A DNA stretch of 64,000 nt from Nemertoderma westbladi. Taxonomy: Eukaryota > Animalia > Xenacoelomorpha. The position numbers were made by a program, and so were the translations under genes. Positions 1 through 12,320 of this stretch are shown piece by piece. The stretch lies in the NCBI GenBank assembly GCA_032718475.1, contig JAUCBJ010000961.1, forward strand, positions 1-64,000, given 5' to 3'. The notes under the pieces are model-generated. The model did no database searches, had not been told where the DNA came from, and saw only the letters and a program-made list of their open reading frames with translations. The stretch's first letter is position 1. Each line of letters begins with the position of its first letter.

Positions 1-1730
1 TGTTATTGTATTAGAGAATATAGTGTATTCAGTTTTCTTTAGGTTTAGAGATAGTCGATTAGCGTTCAGCCAATCAGATAGTTTGTTTAGTTCAAAGTTT
101 GTTTGATCGATGAGTTGATGGATTTCTGGGTTAGAATGGAGGAGGGTGGTGTCGTCAGCGAAAAGGGTGGATAATAGATTGGTAGCGTTAGGTAGGTCAT
201 TAATGTAGAGGAGAAAGAGAATAGGTGAGATTACCGAACCTTGAGGAACACCACAGAGGAGGGGTTCAATAGCAGATAGTTTGTTACTGATACATACTTG
301 TTGAGTTCTGCCCGTTAGAAAACTGGATAAGAGTTGATTGGGGATTCCTCGAATGCCGTAACAGTCTAGTTTGCGTAGTAAGATCGGGTGGTCAATGGTG
401 TCGAAGGCTTTTTTTAGGTCAATATATATCGCACATGTTGAATTTTTGTCATCGAGAGAACGGTGAATTTTTTCAATTATTGATAGAAGAGCGTGGGAGG
501 TTGAGGTTCTAGGGCGGAAGCCATACTGGGAAGTTGTTAGAACTGAATACTTAGTTAAATACGATTGCAGTTGCGAGTTTATTATTTGTTCGAATATTTT
601 TGTTAGTACTGGAAGAAGAGATATTGGCCTGTAATTATTGGAGTCTGTTGGGTCATTGCCTTTGTAAATAGGAATAATTTTAGCTGGTTTGAGTGCACTG
701 GGGAAGAAGCCTTGGGTAATAGACAGGTTAATTAAATAGCTTAGGTGAATTGATAGCGGTTTTGCAGCGTGTAATAATAATTTGGTTGGGAATTGGTCAT
801 TCGAGGAAGAATTAGGGTCAAGTTGCAGTAAGCGGTACTCTACTTCTACAGGGGAAGTTTCAGTTAAAACAAAGGAATTTGGTTGATTACGATTTATATA
901 ACGGAGAGGTGAACGTGGTGAATTTGGTATTTCTTTAGCAAGCTTAGGTCCTATTGTAGCGAAGTGGGTGTTTAGGATATTTGCGATGCGTTCCGTGTCG
1001 GTTACCGTTTCAGTAATGTCTCCAGTGCGAATAGTTAGTTTTTTAGGTAGATTAAGTTTAGTCGATCTATTTAGTGCAGAATTTATTATAATCCAGGTTT
1101 TACGAATGTTTTTAGAATGTAATTTGAATTGTGTATCATAGTATGTTTTTTCAGCCGCCCGTAGAGTAGATGTTAATTTGTTTCTGTATTTATTGAATGT
1201 GTTGCGGTTAGCGTCCGTTGGGTGTCTTACAAATTTGCGGTATAAAGTGTTTTTTTTAATTGTGCATTTGATTAGATTAGGGGTCATCCATGGCTTTTGT
1301 GGGATTAGTTTGGGACGTATATTTTTTTTGGTGACATAGGAAGAGCATAATTTTTCAAGGTCGCTATAAAAGACGTTAAATTTATCATTATGGGGGACGG
1401 AGGATGAGTTATAGGACCAGGTGTTGGATGATGTAATATCACTTACGAATTGGGCTTGATTATAGTCAGAAAAATCAAAAACCGAATGGGTTTTATCTCT
1501 TTCGAAGTAACAAGAGTACTTCTGAAAGATAACAAATGTGGGTTGGTGATCAGATGTGCCTATCTTAGATTGGAATGTACCAGCATGGGAAATGGATGTC
1601 GTGATATTTGTAATCATATGATCGATTAGAGTTTTGGACCATTGTGTAATGCGGGTTGGTTGGTTTATTAATTGGATAAAGCCATGGGAATGGAGGAGGT
1701 CGATATATTTTTTGGAGATTGTAGTAGGTT
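1..1730 (-). mobile_element. Non-LTR retrotransposon (CR1/L2/Crack-like LINE) ORF2: end of APE endonuclease plus reverse transcriptase; 5'-truncated, continues off the left edge
   Basis: Minus-strand translation gives INQPTR..SKTLIDHM..TSDHQP (endonuclease C-terminus, ~1670-1540), IDLKKAFDTIDH (~423-388), CGVPQGSVISPILFLLYINDL (~255-195) and LFADDTT (~168-146). Confidence 0.9.
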
Positions 1731-1741
1731 CTAGGTTCTCA

Positions 1742-2080
1742 GTTCTAGGTAGTGCGTTGATATCTCGGTCAGAGTTCGATACCTACTCAATTCTAAGTTG
1801 GATAGTTGATATCTCGGTCAGAGTTCGATACCTACTCAGTTCTAGGTAGTGCGTTGATATCTCGGTCAGAGTTCGATACCTACTCAGTTCTAGGTAGTGC
1901 GTTGATATCTCGGTCAGAGTTCGATACCTACTCAGTTCTAGGTAGTGCGTTGATATCTCGGTCAGAGTTCGATACCTACTCAGTTCTAGGTAGTGCGTTG
2001 ATATCTCGGCCAGAGTTCGATATCAACTCAATTCTATGTTGGTTAGTTGATAGTTACGGCCAGAGTTCGATAACTACTCA
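1742..2080. repeat. 48-bp minisatellite, about 6-7 copies
   Basis: Unit GTTCTAGGTAGTGCGTTGATATCTCGGTCAGAGTTCGATACCTACTCA recurs every 48 bp (tctagg at 1841 and 1889), directly abutting the LINE truncation point. Confidence 0.95.
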
Positions 2081-2771
2081 ATAATTCAATAATAATACAT
2101 TATTATCAATAAATATCATAATTTCTTACATAATCATGGATGCAAGTTATAGGTTATGGTATGTACAGAAACACAATGTAAGTAAACTGAAAGATCGTCA
2201 GATGCAACACCTTGTCGTTATTGTAAGAGAAAAATGTAATGAACCCAACCAACTCAATATCCGTAGGGATTCATTGAATTTCTAAATTAATTATTTCCTT
2301 TACTTTTCCCGAACCCGCCCAGTCTCGGGTACGTCTGTCTGCTGTTATAAACGTTCGCGGCCATCACTATAACAATTACATTAATGTTCGGGGCACCGCC
2401 CTTCCTCAACTGTAACTTATGGTGGTCGGTTTCTCTACACCCACTCAGCTCTGGTAATCTTCCCTCTCAAAATCAGTTCTTTTGTAATACTTTTAGACAA
2501 ACTACCATAATTGGTCTCAAGTTATTACGAAATGTAAAATATATTCAAGGACTTCGACTTTTAGTGGCGTCTTCTCTACGTAAGAATTGGTATAAAGGGG
2601 CCACTTCAATTATATAGATTGCAGTTCACTATATGTTACCATGGTTACAATCCAGGACTCATTCCCAATCGTTGTTCACAATCATTCATCCCATATGTTA
2701 ATTTGAAGTGAAAATAATATAGTAATTGTTACATAGACTAATTGGTCTTATTCCACGACGTTTGTATCCCC

Positions 2772-5738
2772 AGAGTAGGGGGGGCTACGGGTGTAAACGC
2801 TGCCCCGATTTGGGATACATACTAGGGAGGCCCACGGGTGTAAACGCTACCCCGATTAGGGATACATAGTAGGGAGGCCCACGGGTGTAAACGCTACCCC
2901 GATTAGGGATATAGAGTAGGGAGGCCTATGGGTGTAAACGCTACCCAGATTAGGGATATATAGTAGGGAGGCCCACGGGTGTAAACGCTACCCCGATTAG
3001 GGATATATAGTAGGGAGGCCCACGGGTGTAAACGCTACCCAGATTAGGGATATATAGTGGGGAGTCCCACGGGTGTAAACACTACCCCGATTAGGGATAT
3101 AGAGTAGGGAGGCCTATGGGTGTAAACGCTACCCAGATTAAGGATACATAGTAGGGAGGCCCACGGGTGTAAACGCTACCCAGATTAGGGATATATAGTA
3201 GGGAGGCCCACGGGTGTAAACGCTACCCCGATTAGGGATATATAGTAGGGAGGCCCACGGGTGTAAACGCTACCCAGATTAGGGATATATAGTGGGGAGT
3301 CCCACGGGTGTAAACACTACCCCGATTAAGGATATATAGTAGGGAGGCCCACGGGTGTAAACGCTACCCCGATTAGGGATATAGAGTAGGGGGGCCTACC
3401 GGTGTAAACGCTACCCAGATTAGGGATATATAGTAGGGAGGCCCACGGGTGTAAACGCTACCCAGATTAGGGATATATAGTGGGGAGTCCCACGGGTGTA
3501 AACACTACCCCGATTAGGGATATAGAGTAGGGAGGCCTATGGGTGTAAACGCTACCCAGATTAGGGATACATAGTAGGGAGGCCTCGGGTGTAAACGCTA
3601 CCCCGATTAAGGATATATAGTAGGGAGGCCCACGGGTGTAAACGCTACCCCGATTAGGGATATATAGTGGGGAGTCCCACGGGTGTAAACACTACCCCGA
3701 TTAGGGATATAGAGTAGGGAGGCCTATGGGTGTAAACGCTACCCAGATTAGGGATACATAGTAGGGAGGCCTCGGGTGTAAACGCTACCCAGATTAGGGA
3801 TATATAGTAGGGAGGCCCACGGGTGTAAACGCTACCCAGATTAGGGATATATAGTGGGGAGTCCCACGGGTGTAAACACTACCCCGATTAGGGATATAGA
3901 GTAGGGAGGCCTATGGGTGTAAACGCTACCCAGATTAAGGATACATAGTAGGGAGGCCCACGGGTGTAAACGCTACCCAGATTAGGGATATATAGTAGGG
4001 AGGCCCACGGGTGTAAACGCTACCCAGATTAGGGATATATAGTGGGGAGTCCCACGGGTGTAAACACGACCCCGATTAGGGATATAGAGTAGGGAGGCCT
4101 ATGGGTGTAAACGCTACCCAGATTAGGGATACATAGTAGGGAGGCCTCGGGTGTAAACGCTACCCCGATTAAGGATATATAGTAGGGAGGCCCACGGGTG
4201 TAAACGCTACCCCGATTAGGGATATAGAGTAGGGGGGCCTACCGGTGTAAACGCTACCCAGATTAGGGATATATAGTGGGGAGTCCCACGGGTGTAAACA
4301 CTACCCCGATTAGGGATATAGAGTAGGGAGGCCTATGGGTGTAAACGCTACCCAGATTAGGGATACATAGTAGGGAGGCCTCGGGTGTAAACGCTACCCC
4401 GATTAAGGATATATAGTAGGGAGGCCCACGGGTGTAAACGCTACCCAGATTAGGGATATATAGTAGGGAGGCCCACGGGTGTAAACGCTACCCAGATTAG
4501 GGATATATAGTGGGGAGTCCCATGGGTGTAAACACTACCCCGATTAGGGATATAGAGTAGGGAGGCCTATGGGTGTAAACGCTACCCAGATTAGGGATAC
4601 ATAGTAGGGAGGCCTCGGGTGTAAACGCTACCCCGATTAAGGATATATAGTAGGGAGGCCCACGGGTGTAAACGCTACCCCGATTAGGGATATAGAGTAG
4701 GGGGGCCTACCGGTGTAAACGCTACCCAGATTAGGGATATATAGTGGGAGGCCCACGGGTGTGAACGCTACCCAGATTAGGGATATAGAGTAGGGAGGCC
4801 TACGGGTGTAAACGCTACCCAGATTAGGGATACATAGTAGGGAGGCCTATGGGTGTAAACGCTACCCAGATTAGGGATACATAGTAGGGAGGCCCACGGG
4901 TGTAAACGCTACCCAGATTAGGGATATATAGTAGGGAGGCCCACGGGTGTAAACGCTACCCAGATTAGGGATATATAGTGGGGAGTCCCACGGGTGTAAA
5001 CACTACCCCGATTAGGGATATAGAGTAGGGAGGCCTATGGGTGTAAACGCTACCCAGATTAGGGATACATAGTAGGGAGGTCTCGGGTGTAAACGCTACC
5101 CCGATTAAGGATATATAGTAGGGAGGCCCACGGGTGTAAACGCTACCCAGATTAGGGATATAGAGTAGGGAGGCCCACGGGTGTAAACACTACCCCGATT
5201 AGGGATATATAGTAGGGGGGCCTACCGGTGTAAACGCTACCCCGATTAGGGATATATAGTAGGGAGGCCCACGGGTGTAAACGATACCCCGATTAGGGAT
5301 ATATAGTAGGGAGGCCCACGGGTGTAAACGATACCCCGATTAGGGATATATAGTAGGGAGGCCCACGGGTGTAAACGCTACCCCGATTAGGGATATATAG
5401 TAGGGAGGCCCACGGGTGTAAACGCTACCCAGATTAGGGATATATAGTGGGGAGTCCCACGGGTGTAAACACTACCCCGATTAAGGATATATAGTAGGGA
5501 GGCCCACGGGTGTAAACGCTACCCCGATTAGGGATATAGAGTAGGGGGGCCTACCGGTGTAAACGCTACCCAGATTAGGGATATATAGTAGGGAGGCCCA
5601 CGGGTGTAAACGCTACCCCGATTAGGGATACATAGTAGGGGGGCCTACGGGTGTAAACGCTGCCCCGATTAGGGATATATAGTAGGGAGGCCTACGGGTG
5701 TAAACGCTGCCCCGATTAGGGATATAGAGTAGGGGGAG
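2772..5738. repeat. 47-bp satellite/minisatellite, about 63 copies, containing TTAGGG
   Basis: Consensus GTAGGGAGGCCCACGGGTGTAAACGCTACCCCGATTAGGGATATATA; period 47 (gtaggg at 2963 and 3010). Confidence 0.97.
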
Positions 5739-7890
5739 GGGTTCTTCTATAGACGGGTTCTTGTACAGACGGGTTCTTGTACAGGCAGGTTCTTGTACAG
5801 ACATGTTCTTGTACGGACATGTTCTGGCCCATGTGACGAATACCAGACTTTCTGCCGTTATATTTCACTTTGCAGTTACCCCCATGTGAAGAATACCAGG
5901 TTTTCACCAAAAACACAGGTTACAGAAGGGCTGCATCTAACCAAAACAATAAACTAATTAGTATATGTACGTACAGGTTATAAGACAGAAATAAGCGCTA
6001 TAAAACACTTAATAAAGATAAATTAAAAAAAATTAAAAATATTCATATATAAAATTCCAATAAAAAGTCGACTGAAAAGTGAAATCCTGGTATTCTTCAC
6101 GTGGGCACAGGTTCTTGTACAGACACAGACAGGTTCCTGTACATACAGGTTCTTGTACGTACAGACAGGTACTTGTACATTCAGGTTCTTGTACAGACAG
6201 GTTCTTGTACATACAGGTTCTTGTACAGACAGGTTCTTGTATAGACAGGTTCTTGTACAGACATGTTCTTATACAGACAAGTTCTTGTACAGACGGGTTC
6301 TTGTACAGACAGGTTCTTGTACAGACATGTTCTTGTACAGACGGGTTCTTGTACAGACATGTTCTTGTACAGGCAGGTACTTGTATAGACAGGTTCTTGT
6401 ACAGACATGTTCTTATACAGACAAGTTCTTGTACAGACAGCTTCTTGTACAGACAGGTTCTTGTACAGACATGTTCTTGTACAGGCAGGTACTTGTACAG
6501 ACAGGTTCTGGTACATACAGGTTCTGGTACAGACAGGTTCTTGTACAGACATGTTCTTGTACAGACATGTTCTTATACAGACAAGTTCTTGTACAGACAG
6601 CTTCTTGTACAGACAGGTTCTTGTACAGACAGGTTCTTGTACATACAGGTTCTGGTACAGACAGGTTCTTGTATAGACAGGTTCTTGTACAGACATGTTC
6701 TTATACAGACAAGTTCTTGTACAGACAGGTTCTTGTACAGACAGGTTCTTGTACAGACATGTTCTTGTACAGACAGCTTCTTGTACAGACAGGTTCTTGT
6801 ACATACAGGTTCTGGTACAGACAGGTTCTTGTATAGACAGGTTCTTGTACAGACATGTTCTTATACAGACAAGTTCTTGTACAGACAGGTTCTTGTACAG
6901 ACAGGTTCTTGTACAGACATGTTCTTGTACAGACAGGTTCTTGTACATACAGGTTCTGGTACAGACAGGTTCTTGTATAGACAGGTTCTTGTACAGACAT
7001 GTTCTTATACAGACAAGTTCTTGTACAGACAGCTTCTTGTACAGACAGGTTCTTGTACAGACATGTTCTTGTACAGGCAGGTACTTGTACAGACATGTTC
7101 TTGTACAGGCAGGTACTTGTACAGACAGGTTCTGGTACATACAGCTTCTGGTACAGACAGGTTCTTGTACAGACATGTTCTTATACAGACAAGTTCTTGT
7201 ACAGACGGGTTCTTGTACAGGCAGGTACTTGTACAGACATGTTCTTGTACAGACAGCTTCTTGTACAGACAGGTTCTTGTACATACAGGTTCTGGTACAG
7301 ACAGGTTCTTGTATAGACAGGTTCTTGTACAGACATGTTCTTATACAGACAAGTTCTTGTACAGACAGGTTCTTGTACAGATAGGTTCTTGTACAGACAT
7401 GTTCTTGTACAGACAGGTTCTTGTACATACAGGTTCTGGTACAGACAGGTTCTTGTATAGACAGGTTCTTGTACAGACATGTTCTTATACAGACAAGTTC
7501 TTGTTCAGACAGCTTCTTGTACAGACAGGTTCTTGTACAGACATGTTCTTGTACAGGCAGGTACTTGTACAGACATGTTCTTGTACAGGCAGGTACTTGT
7601 ACAGACAGGTTCTGGTACATACAGGTTCTGGTACAGACAGGTTCTTGTACAGACATGTTCTTGTACAGACATGTTCTTATACAGACAAGTTCTTGTACAG
7701 ACAGGTTCTTGTACAGACAGGTTCTTGTACAGACATGTTCTTATACAGACAAGTTCTTGTACAGACAGGTTCTTGTACAGACAGGTTCTTGTACAGACAT
7801 GTTCTTATACAGACAAGTTCTTGTACAGACAGGTTCTTGTACAGACAGGTTCTTGTACAGACATGTTCTTGTACAGACAGGTTCTTGTAT
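5739..7890. repeat. 16-bp minisatellite (TTCTTGTACAGACAGG), about 115 copies, interrupted at 5826-6105
   Basis: Direct tandem periodicity of 16 bp with recurring variants (ACATG, TATAC, GGCAGGTAC, TCTGG). Confidence 0.97.
5827..6106. mobile_element. MITE-like element inserted in the 16-bp array
   Basis: Inverted repeats CCCATGTGAAGAATACCAGGTTTTCAC (5881-5907, with a degenerate extra copy at ~5829) and GTGAAATCCTGGTATTCTTCACGTGGG (6079-6105). The internal part is homologous to 26987-27084 on the minus strand. No clear TSD. Confidence 0.7.
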
Positions 7891-7954
7891 AAACAATGAA
7901 TGGAAACGAGAGTTTATGGTACGGTAATGGATGAAAAGGCTGCGTATTCACCAG

Positions 7955-8431
7955 TTATTGACGTGTCACATGTCACGGTTGAAGTGGTATATGCCACAGT
8001 TGACGTGTTATATGTTACGTTTGGAAGCAGGACAATTCGGTCCCGGACAATTCGGTCCGGACAATTCAGTCCGGACAATTCGGTCCCGGACAATTCGGTC
8101 CCGGACAATTCGGTCCGGACAATTCGGTCCCATTAATATGCATGTTTTGGGACCGAATTGTCCTAGTCGGACAATTCGGTCCCAAAACACAAAATTAATG
8201 GGACCGAATTGTCCGGACCGAATTGTCCGGGACCGAATTGTCCGGGACCGAATTGTCCGGGACCGAATTGTCCTACATCCGTTACGTTTAACGTGTCACA
8301 TGTCACGGTTGACGTGTCACATGTTACGGTTGACGTGTCACATGTCACGGTTGAAGTGTCACATGTCACGGTTGAAGTGTCACATGTCACGGTTGAAGTG
8401 TAACATGTCACAGTTGACGTGTCACATGTCA
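7955..8431. repeat. 21-bp minisatellite (GTTGACGTGTCACATGTCACG) split by a MITE
   Basis: About 3 units at 7955-8013 and about 7 units at 8290-8431. Confidence 0.9.
8023..8280. mobile_element. Foldback/MULE-type MITE with 9-bp TSD
   Basis: Termini GGAAGCAGGACAATTCGG / CCGAATTGTCCTACATCC. The arms are tandem GGACAATTCGGTCC(C) units in inverted orientation. Perfect flanking duplication GTTACGTTT at 8014-8022 and 8281-8289. Confidence 0.88.
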
Positions 8432-8487
8432 CTTTTGCTGGTTGATGTGTCACTGTTTACCCCGTTGATTTGAAACATTAACACATG

Positions 8488-8726
8488 GCGGGGGTGGAAC
8501 TGGACGCAAATCCCATCTTGGCGAATTAATATCCCGCCTCAATGTTAAATTCTCAATTTAGGGAAAGGAGCAGGTTACAGTGGCACGTTATTTTAACCAA
8601 AACAATAAACTAAACACAATAGAACAGGTTACAGTTTTATTTTTTAGAGTAATCATCTGTTATTTGCGTCGAATTTCCCCTGGAGAAGGATGAATTTTTA
8701 TTGCGTCCAGTTTCCCCCTATCTGCA
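8488..8726 (+). mobile_element. MITE family A, copy 1 (upstream of CNNM)
   Basis: TIR GGGGTGGAACTGGACGCAA / TTGCGTCCAGTTTCCCCC; a close inverted copy lies at 11221-11469. Confidence 0.8.
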
Positions 8727-9503
8727 TTTATTTCAACATGAACATTTTGTAATAATTGAATTACTTCAGATGATCGATCGAAATATTTTGTAAATTTCGA
8801 AAGACTACAACGCTAGACAGACAGACAGTAGAGACCCCCGCCCCCACACCCACACCCTCCCTTGTGCTGTAGATTGAACTTTAGTTAGACTGCTGTAGAT
8901 TTTTTTGCGTTTTGACCTCAATTTGTTATTTAATAAAAACAAGGGACTTAAATTTCTCTACTTTTCAAGTTATGCAGTTCTAGAACAATTTAAAAATTAG
9001 CTTCCATAAAAAACAGTAGCTACCATTAATAACTAACTGACTGACTAACAACACATAATAAATGTACTACTTCGCCCTGTCGACACCCCCTGCAAATTTT
9101 TTAACCAGTAATTTTTTTTTTTTGTAATTTTTTACTTTTTTCGTGTTCTAGTCTAGCTACCATGACTCAGAAATTATTATTAAATAATAATTTATGATAA
9201 TTATTTTTTGATACACCTATACGATTTCAAAAAAAAATATGTTATATATTTTTTACTTGAGTATAAAAAAAAGTACAAGATAGTACCAAATAAAAATTTA
9301 GTTACCATCTTCACTGTCAAAAGGTCAAAATATTTGTTCTAGAACAGAAAACCCCATGATATTTCTAATAGTCATTATCATGGTCAACAATTTTTTAAAA
9401 GGCGGGTGCACCACGGGACACATAGCAAATTAATGCCTTAAATTATTCTCTGTGTTCAGAATAATTAACTTTATTACTCTCCAGTAAAAAAAATTACATT
9501 ATC

Positions 9504-10886
9504 ATGAACATTTGTAAACTGTTGGTAATTATAATATCGGTGTTATTAGAAATGTCACTGAAACTTAATTTTAGTGAAACTGATAACGATAATTCGTGTT
9601 TAAATTCCACTGAAATACTGGGTGTTTTCTTGAATGACCCTGGCGGTGGATTCAGTCCCTATAAGATGGCGTCTCCCGAAGGTACCGTGACTATTGCTCA
9701 ACATCAACGCGCATCGTTGAGAGTTATTGGATCCGGGTTGCGAGATCAAATGCGTATCAAACTGACATCGTCCCCAGCCGCAAAAGGGGTTAGCTGTAGT
9801 TCGTTACCTACAAGTGAGATATTTACCGTAAGCGAGGTGGATCGGTCCAATTCCACGGGTTTAGTGAACGTCCACCTCGAGACTGATGATTCGTACCACA
9901 TCTGTTTCGCGCTCCCATCCTCGGATAATTTCTACCACGCAGGAACCTCCAAGTGGACTGTGGTCCACGTTGTCTACGAGTTGCCAATATATGCCAAGAC
10001 TTTGTTTGTTATCGGGCTTTTATGCTTTTCCGGTTTATTCAGCGGGCTGAATCTCGGTTTGGTTGGCATTGATTTGACCGTTCTCCAGGTGTTAATGAAC
10101 AGCGGCGAACCTAATGAGTTGAAATACGCCAAGGAGATTTACCCAGTTAGAAAGCACGGCAACTACCTGCTCTGCTCTCTGCTGTTCGCCAACACTTTCG
10201 TTAACGCCTTTATGACGATTCTTCTCGGGGGTTTATTTCAGGGCTATCTGGCTGTTGCGTTTTCGACATTTGCGATCGTGATATTCGGCGAAATAATCCC
10301 GCAGTCTATTGCATCCCGGAATGGTCTCGCTCTCGGCGCCAAAACAATACTGATTACCAAGATAATCATGCTCGCTACTTTCCCACTATCATATCCAATA
10401 GGTAAGATTCTAGATTTTACTCTTGGTCGCGAAGTGGGTGTGATTTACAACCGTCGCCAACTCAAAGAGTTGCTGCGTGTTACCGGGGAGCCAGCTGATC
10501 TGGCTAGCGACGAGATGGATATTATCAGTGGAGCCTTGGATATGCATACAAAGACAGCGCTGGAGGTAATGACACCTCTGGAAGATTGCTACATGCTTGA
10601 TTCAAATGTTACTCTCAACTATGGAACTATTACCGAAATTAAAAATAATGGTCATTCTAGAATACCGATTTATGAAGGGCAGAGATCCAACATTGTGGGT
10701 TTGATTTGGATAAAAGACCTTTTGCTAATTAATCCCATCGAAAACATACAAATTAGTGCGCTACTCACCACATATCAGCACCCTGTAACCAAGGTGAAAC
10801 CCGATACAACACTCGGAGTACTGTTTCAAGATTTCAAAAAAGGGCGCTCCCATTTAGCTTTCGTGGAGAGGCAAAACCCCCCAAGA
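9504..10886 (+). CDS. CNNM: CNNM/ACDP metal (Mg2+) transporter, exon 1: signal peptide, extracellular domain, DUF21, CBS pair
   Basis: FSGLFSGLNLGL, YAKEIYPVRKHGNYLLCSLL, IVIFGEIIPQ, VMTPLEDCYML, GHSRIPIYEGQRSNIVG and FKKGRSHLAFV match the CNNM family. Best donor is AGA|GTGAGT at 10886/10887, phase 0; alternatives are discussed in findings. Confidence 0.92.
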
Positions 10887-11220
10887 GTGAGTGAGAACGA
10901 AAACGATTCCGCGGTTCAAACGGGAAATAAAATTATATATTGTTTTGGTTAGCTTGGCGTTAATTTCCCGTTTAAAAATTATACATTATTAAATATTTTC
11001 ACGGCTCTCTCCATTTAAAGGCATCTTGTTTTACCGATCACTTTTTTTTGTTCACGTGTTAAATTCTAAAATTTATTTGTAGTTTTGTATGTTGGTTATT
11101 TGTCATTTAACATAACGTTGAAATTTCATTGTCTAAAAGCCAGTGCGTAGTGTAATTATTATAATACTTAATGTTGTAATTTTGCTTCTCAATCTCATTT
11201 ACGTGAGTTGTTATGAAATT

Positions 11221-11469
11221 TGCAGATAGGGGGGGGGGGGGGGGGGGGGGGGTGGAACTGGACGCAATAAAAATTAATCCTTCTCCAGGGGAAATTGGAC
11301 GCAAATAACAGCTGTTTACGAGCAAAAATTAAACTGTAACCTGTTCGATTGAGTTTAGTTTATTGTTTTGGTTAAAATAACGTGCCACTGTAACCTGCTC
11401 CTTTCCCTAAATTGAGAATTTAACAATGAGGCGGGATATTAATTCGCCAAGGCAGGTTTTGCATCCAGC
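11221..11469 (-). mobile_element. MITE family A, copy 2 (inverted, in CNNM intron), with expanded poly-G
   Basis: Reverse complement of 8488-8726, e.g. TTATTGTTTTGGTTAAAATAACGTGCCACTGTAACCTGCTCCTTTCCCTAAATTGAGAATT. Confidence 0.8.
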
Positions 11470-11597
11470 TGTCTCGAAATTTGTGTCGCCGGGGATGGTG
11501 AGGAAGCGGAGAGAAAATAATATATTTCTTAAATCAGCTTTCACCTTAAAATATGACAATTGCTTCCAAAACAATATATAATTTTTAAATCTTCAAG

Positions 11598-12320
11598 ATC
11601 GTTGGATTGTGTACATTAGAGGATGTTATTGAAGAAATATTCCAAGAGGAGATTGTTGATGAAACTGACCTGATCACGGACAACCGCACTAAACGTGCGA
11701 TACCTGATCGAACAACTGCAAAGACTGTTACATGGTCGAAGTCGGTATCTCTACTTCGCCGGCCCAGTAAATACCTCGTCCTTTCCTACCAACTAAAGTC
11801 CGCAGCTGCCAGTTTTCTAAGACAGGAGGTTGTTCCCTTTTCGGTTGCGTACATGAGTACACCGATACTGCACAAACTCTTAGAGAAGTCCACCTGCATT
11901 AAAGTTGCCCCCGGGAAAATTTTATTTCGAGGCGACGACAGTAGACAAGCCGTTGACTTCAATTTAATTTTGGAAGGTCGAGTTTATTTCACATCATCCA
12001 ATGGAGATCTAAGACTCGATAGTTGTGCGTTTAGCTATTTTGGTTTAAAGTCGTTATTGCCACGACAACGGGGCCGGGGGTCATCCCTGGCGACGCAGAC
12101 TAGCGAGAGAGCTTTACTGTCAACCTACCGTTGGTCCACGGATGAGTCGAACTCAATCGTGGACGCGGTCGCCACTGGACTGCCGAGTTACAGCGTGGTC
12201 GCCGCCACTGAGGTCGTCTACCTAAAGATCAGACGCTCCCATTACCGGGTTGCCATATCTAGTTACAAGGATATATTCGCTAATATTAGTAGTAACTTAC
12301 CAGAGAGAAATAGCGATTAG
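11598..12320 (+). CDS. CNNM: CNNM exon 2: end of CBS2 plus cyclic-nucleotide-binding-homology domain, stop TAG
   Basis: Acceptor CTTCAAG|ATC, phase 0. IVGLCTLEDVIEEIFQEEIVDETD and DFNLILEGRV..FSYFG are conserved CNNM motifs. Spliced product about 701 aa. Confidence 0.9.
   Translation: MVGLCTLEDVIEEIFQEEIVDETDLITDNRTKRAIPDRTTAKTVTWSKSVSLLRRPSKYLVLSYQLKSAAASFLRQEVVPFSVAYMSTPILHKLLEKSTCIKVAPGKILFRGDDSRQAVDFNLILEGRVYFTSSNGDLRLDSCAFSYFGLKSLLPRQRGRGSSLATQTSERALLSTYRWSTDESNSIVDAVATGLPSYSVVAATEVVYLKIRRSHYRVAISSYKDIFANISSNLPERNSD

Noticed and set aside
6079-7927. Long overlapping ORFs (up to 606 aa) in several frames
   Set aside because: They are translations of the stop-poor 16-bp minisatellite, with no domain or codon signal.
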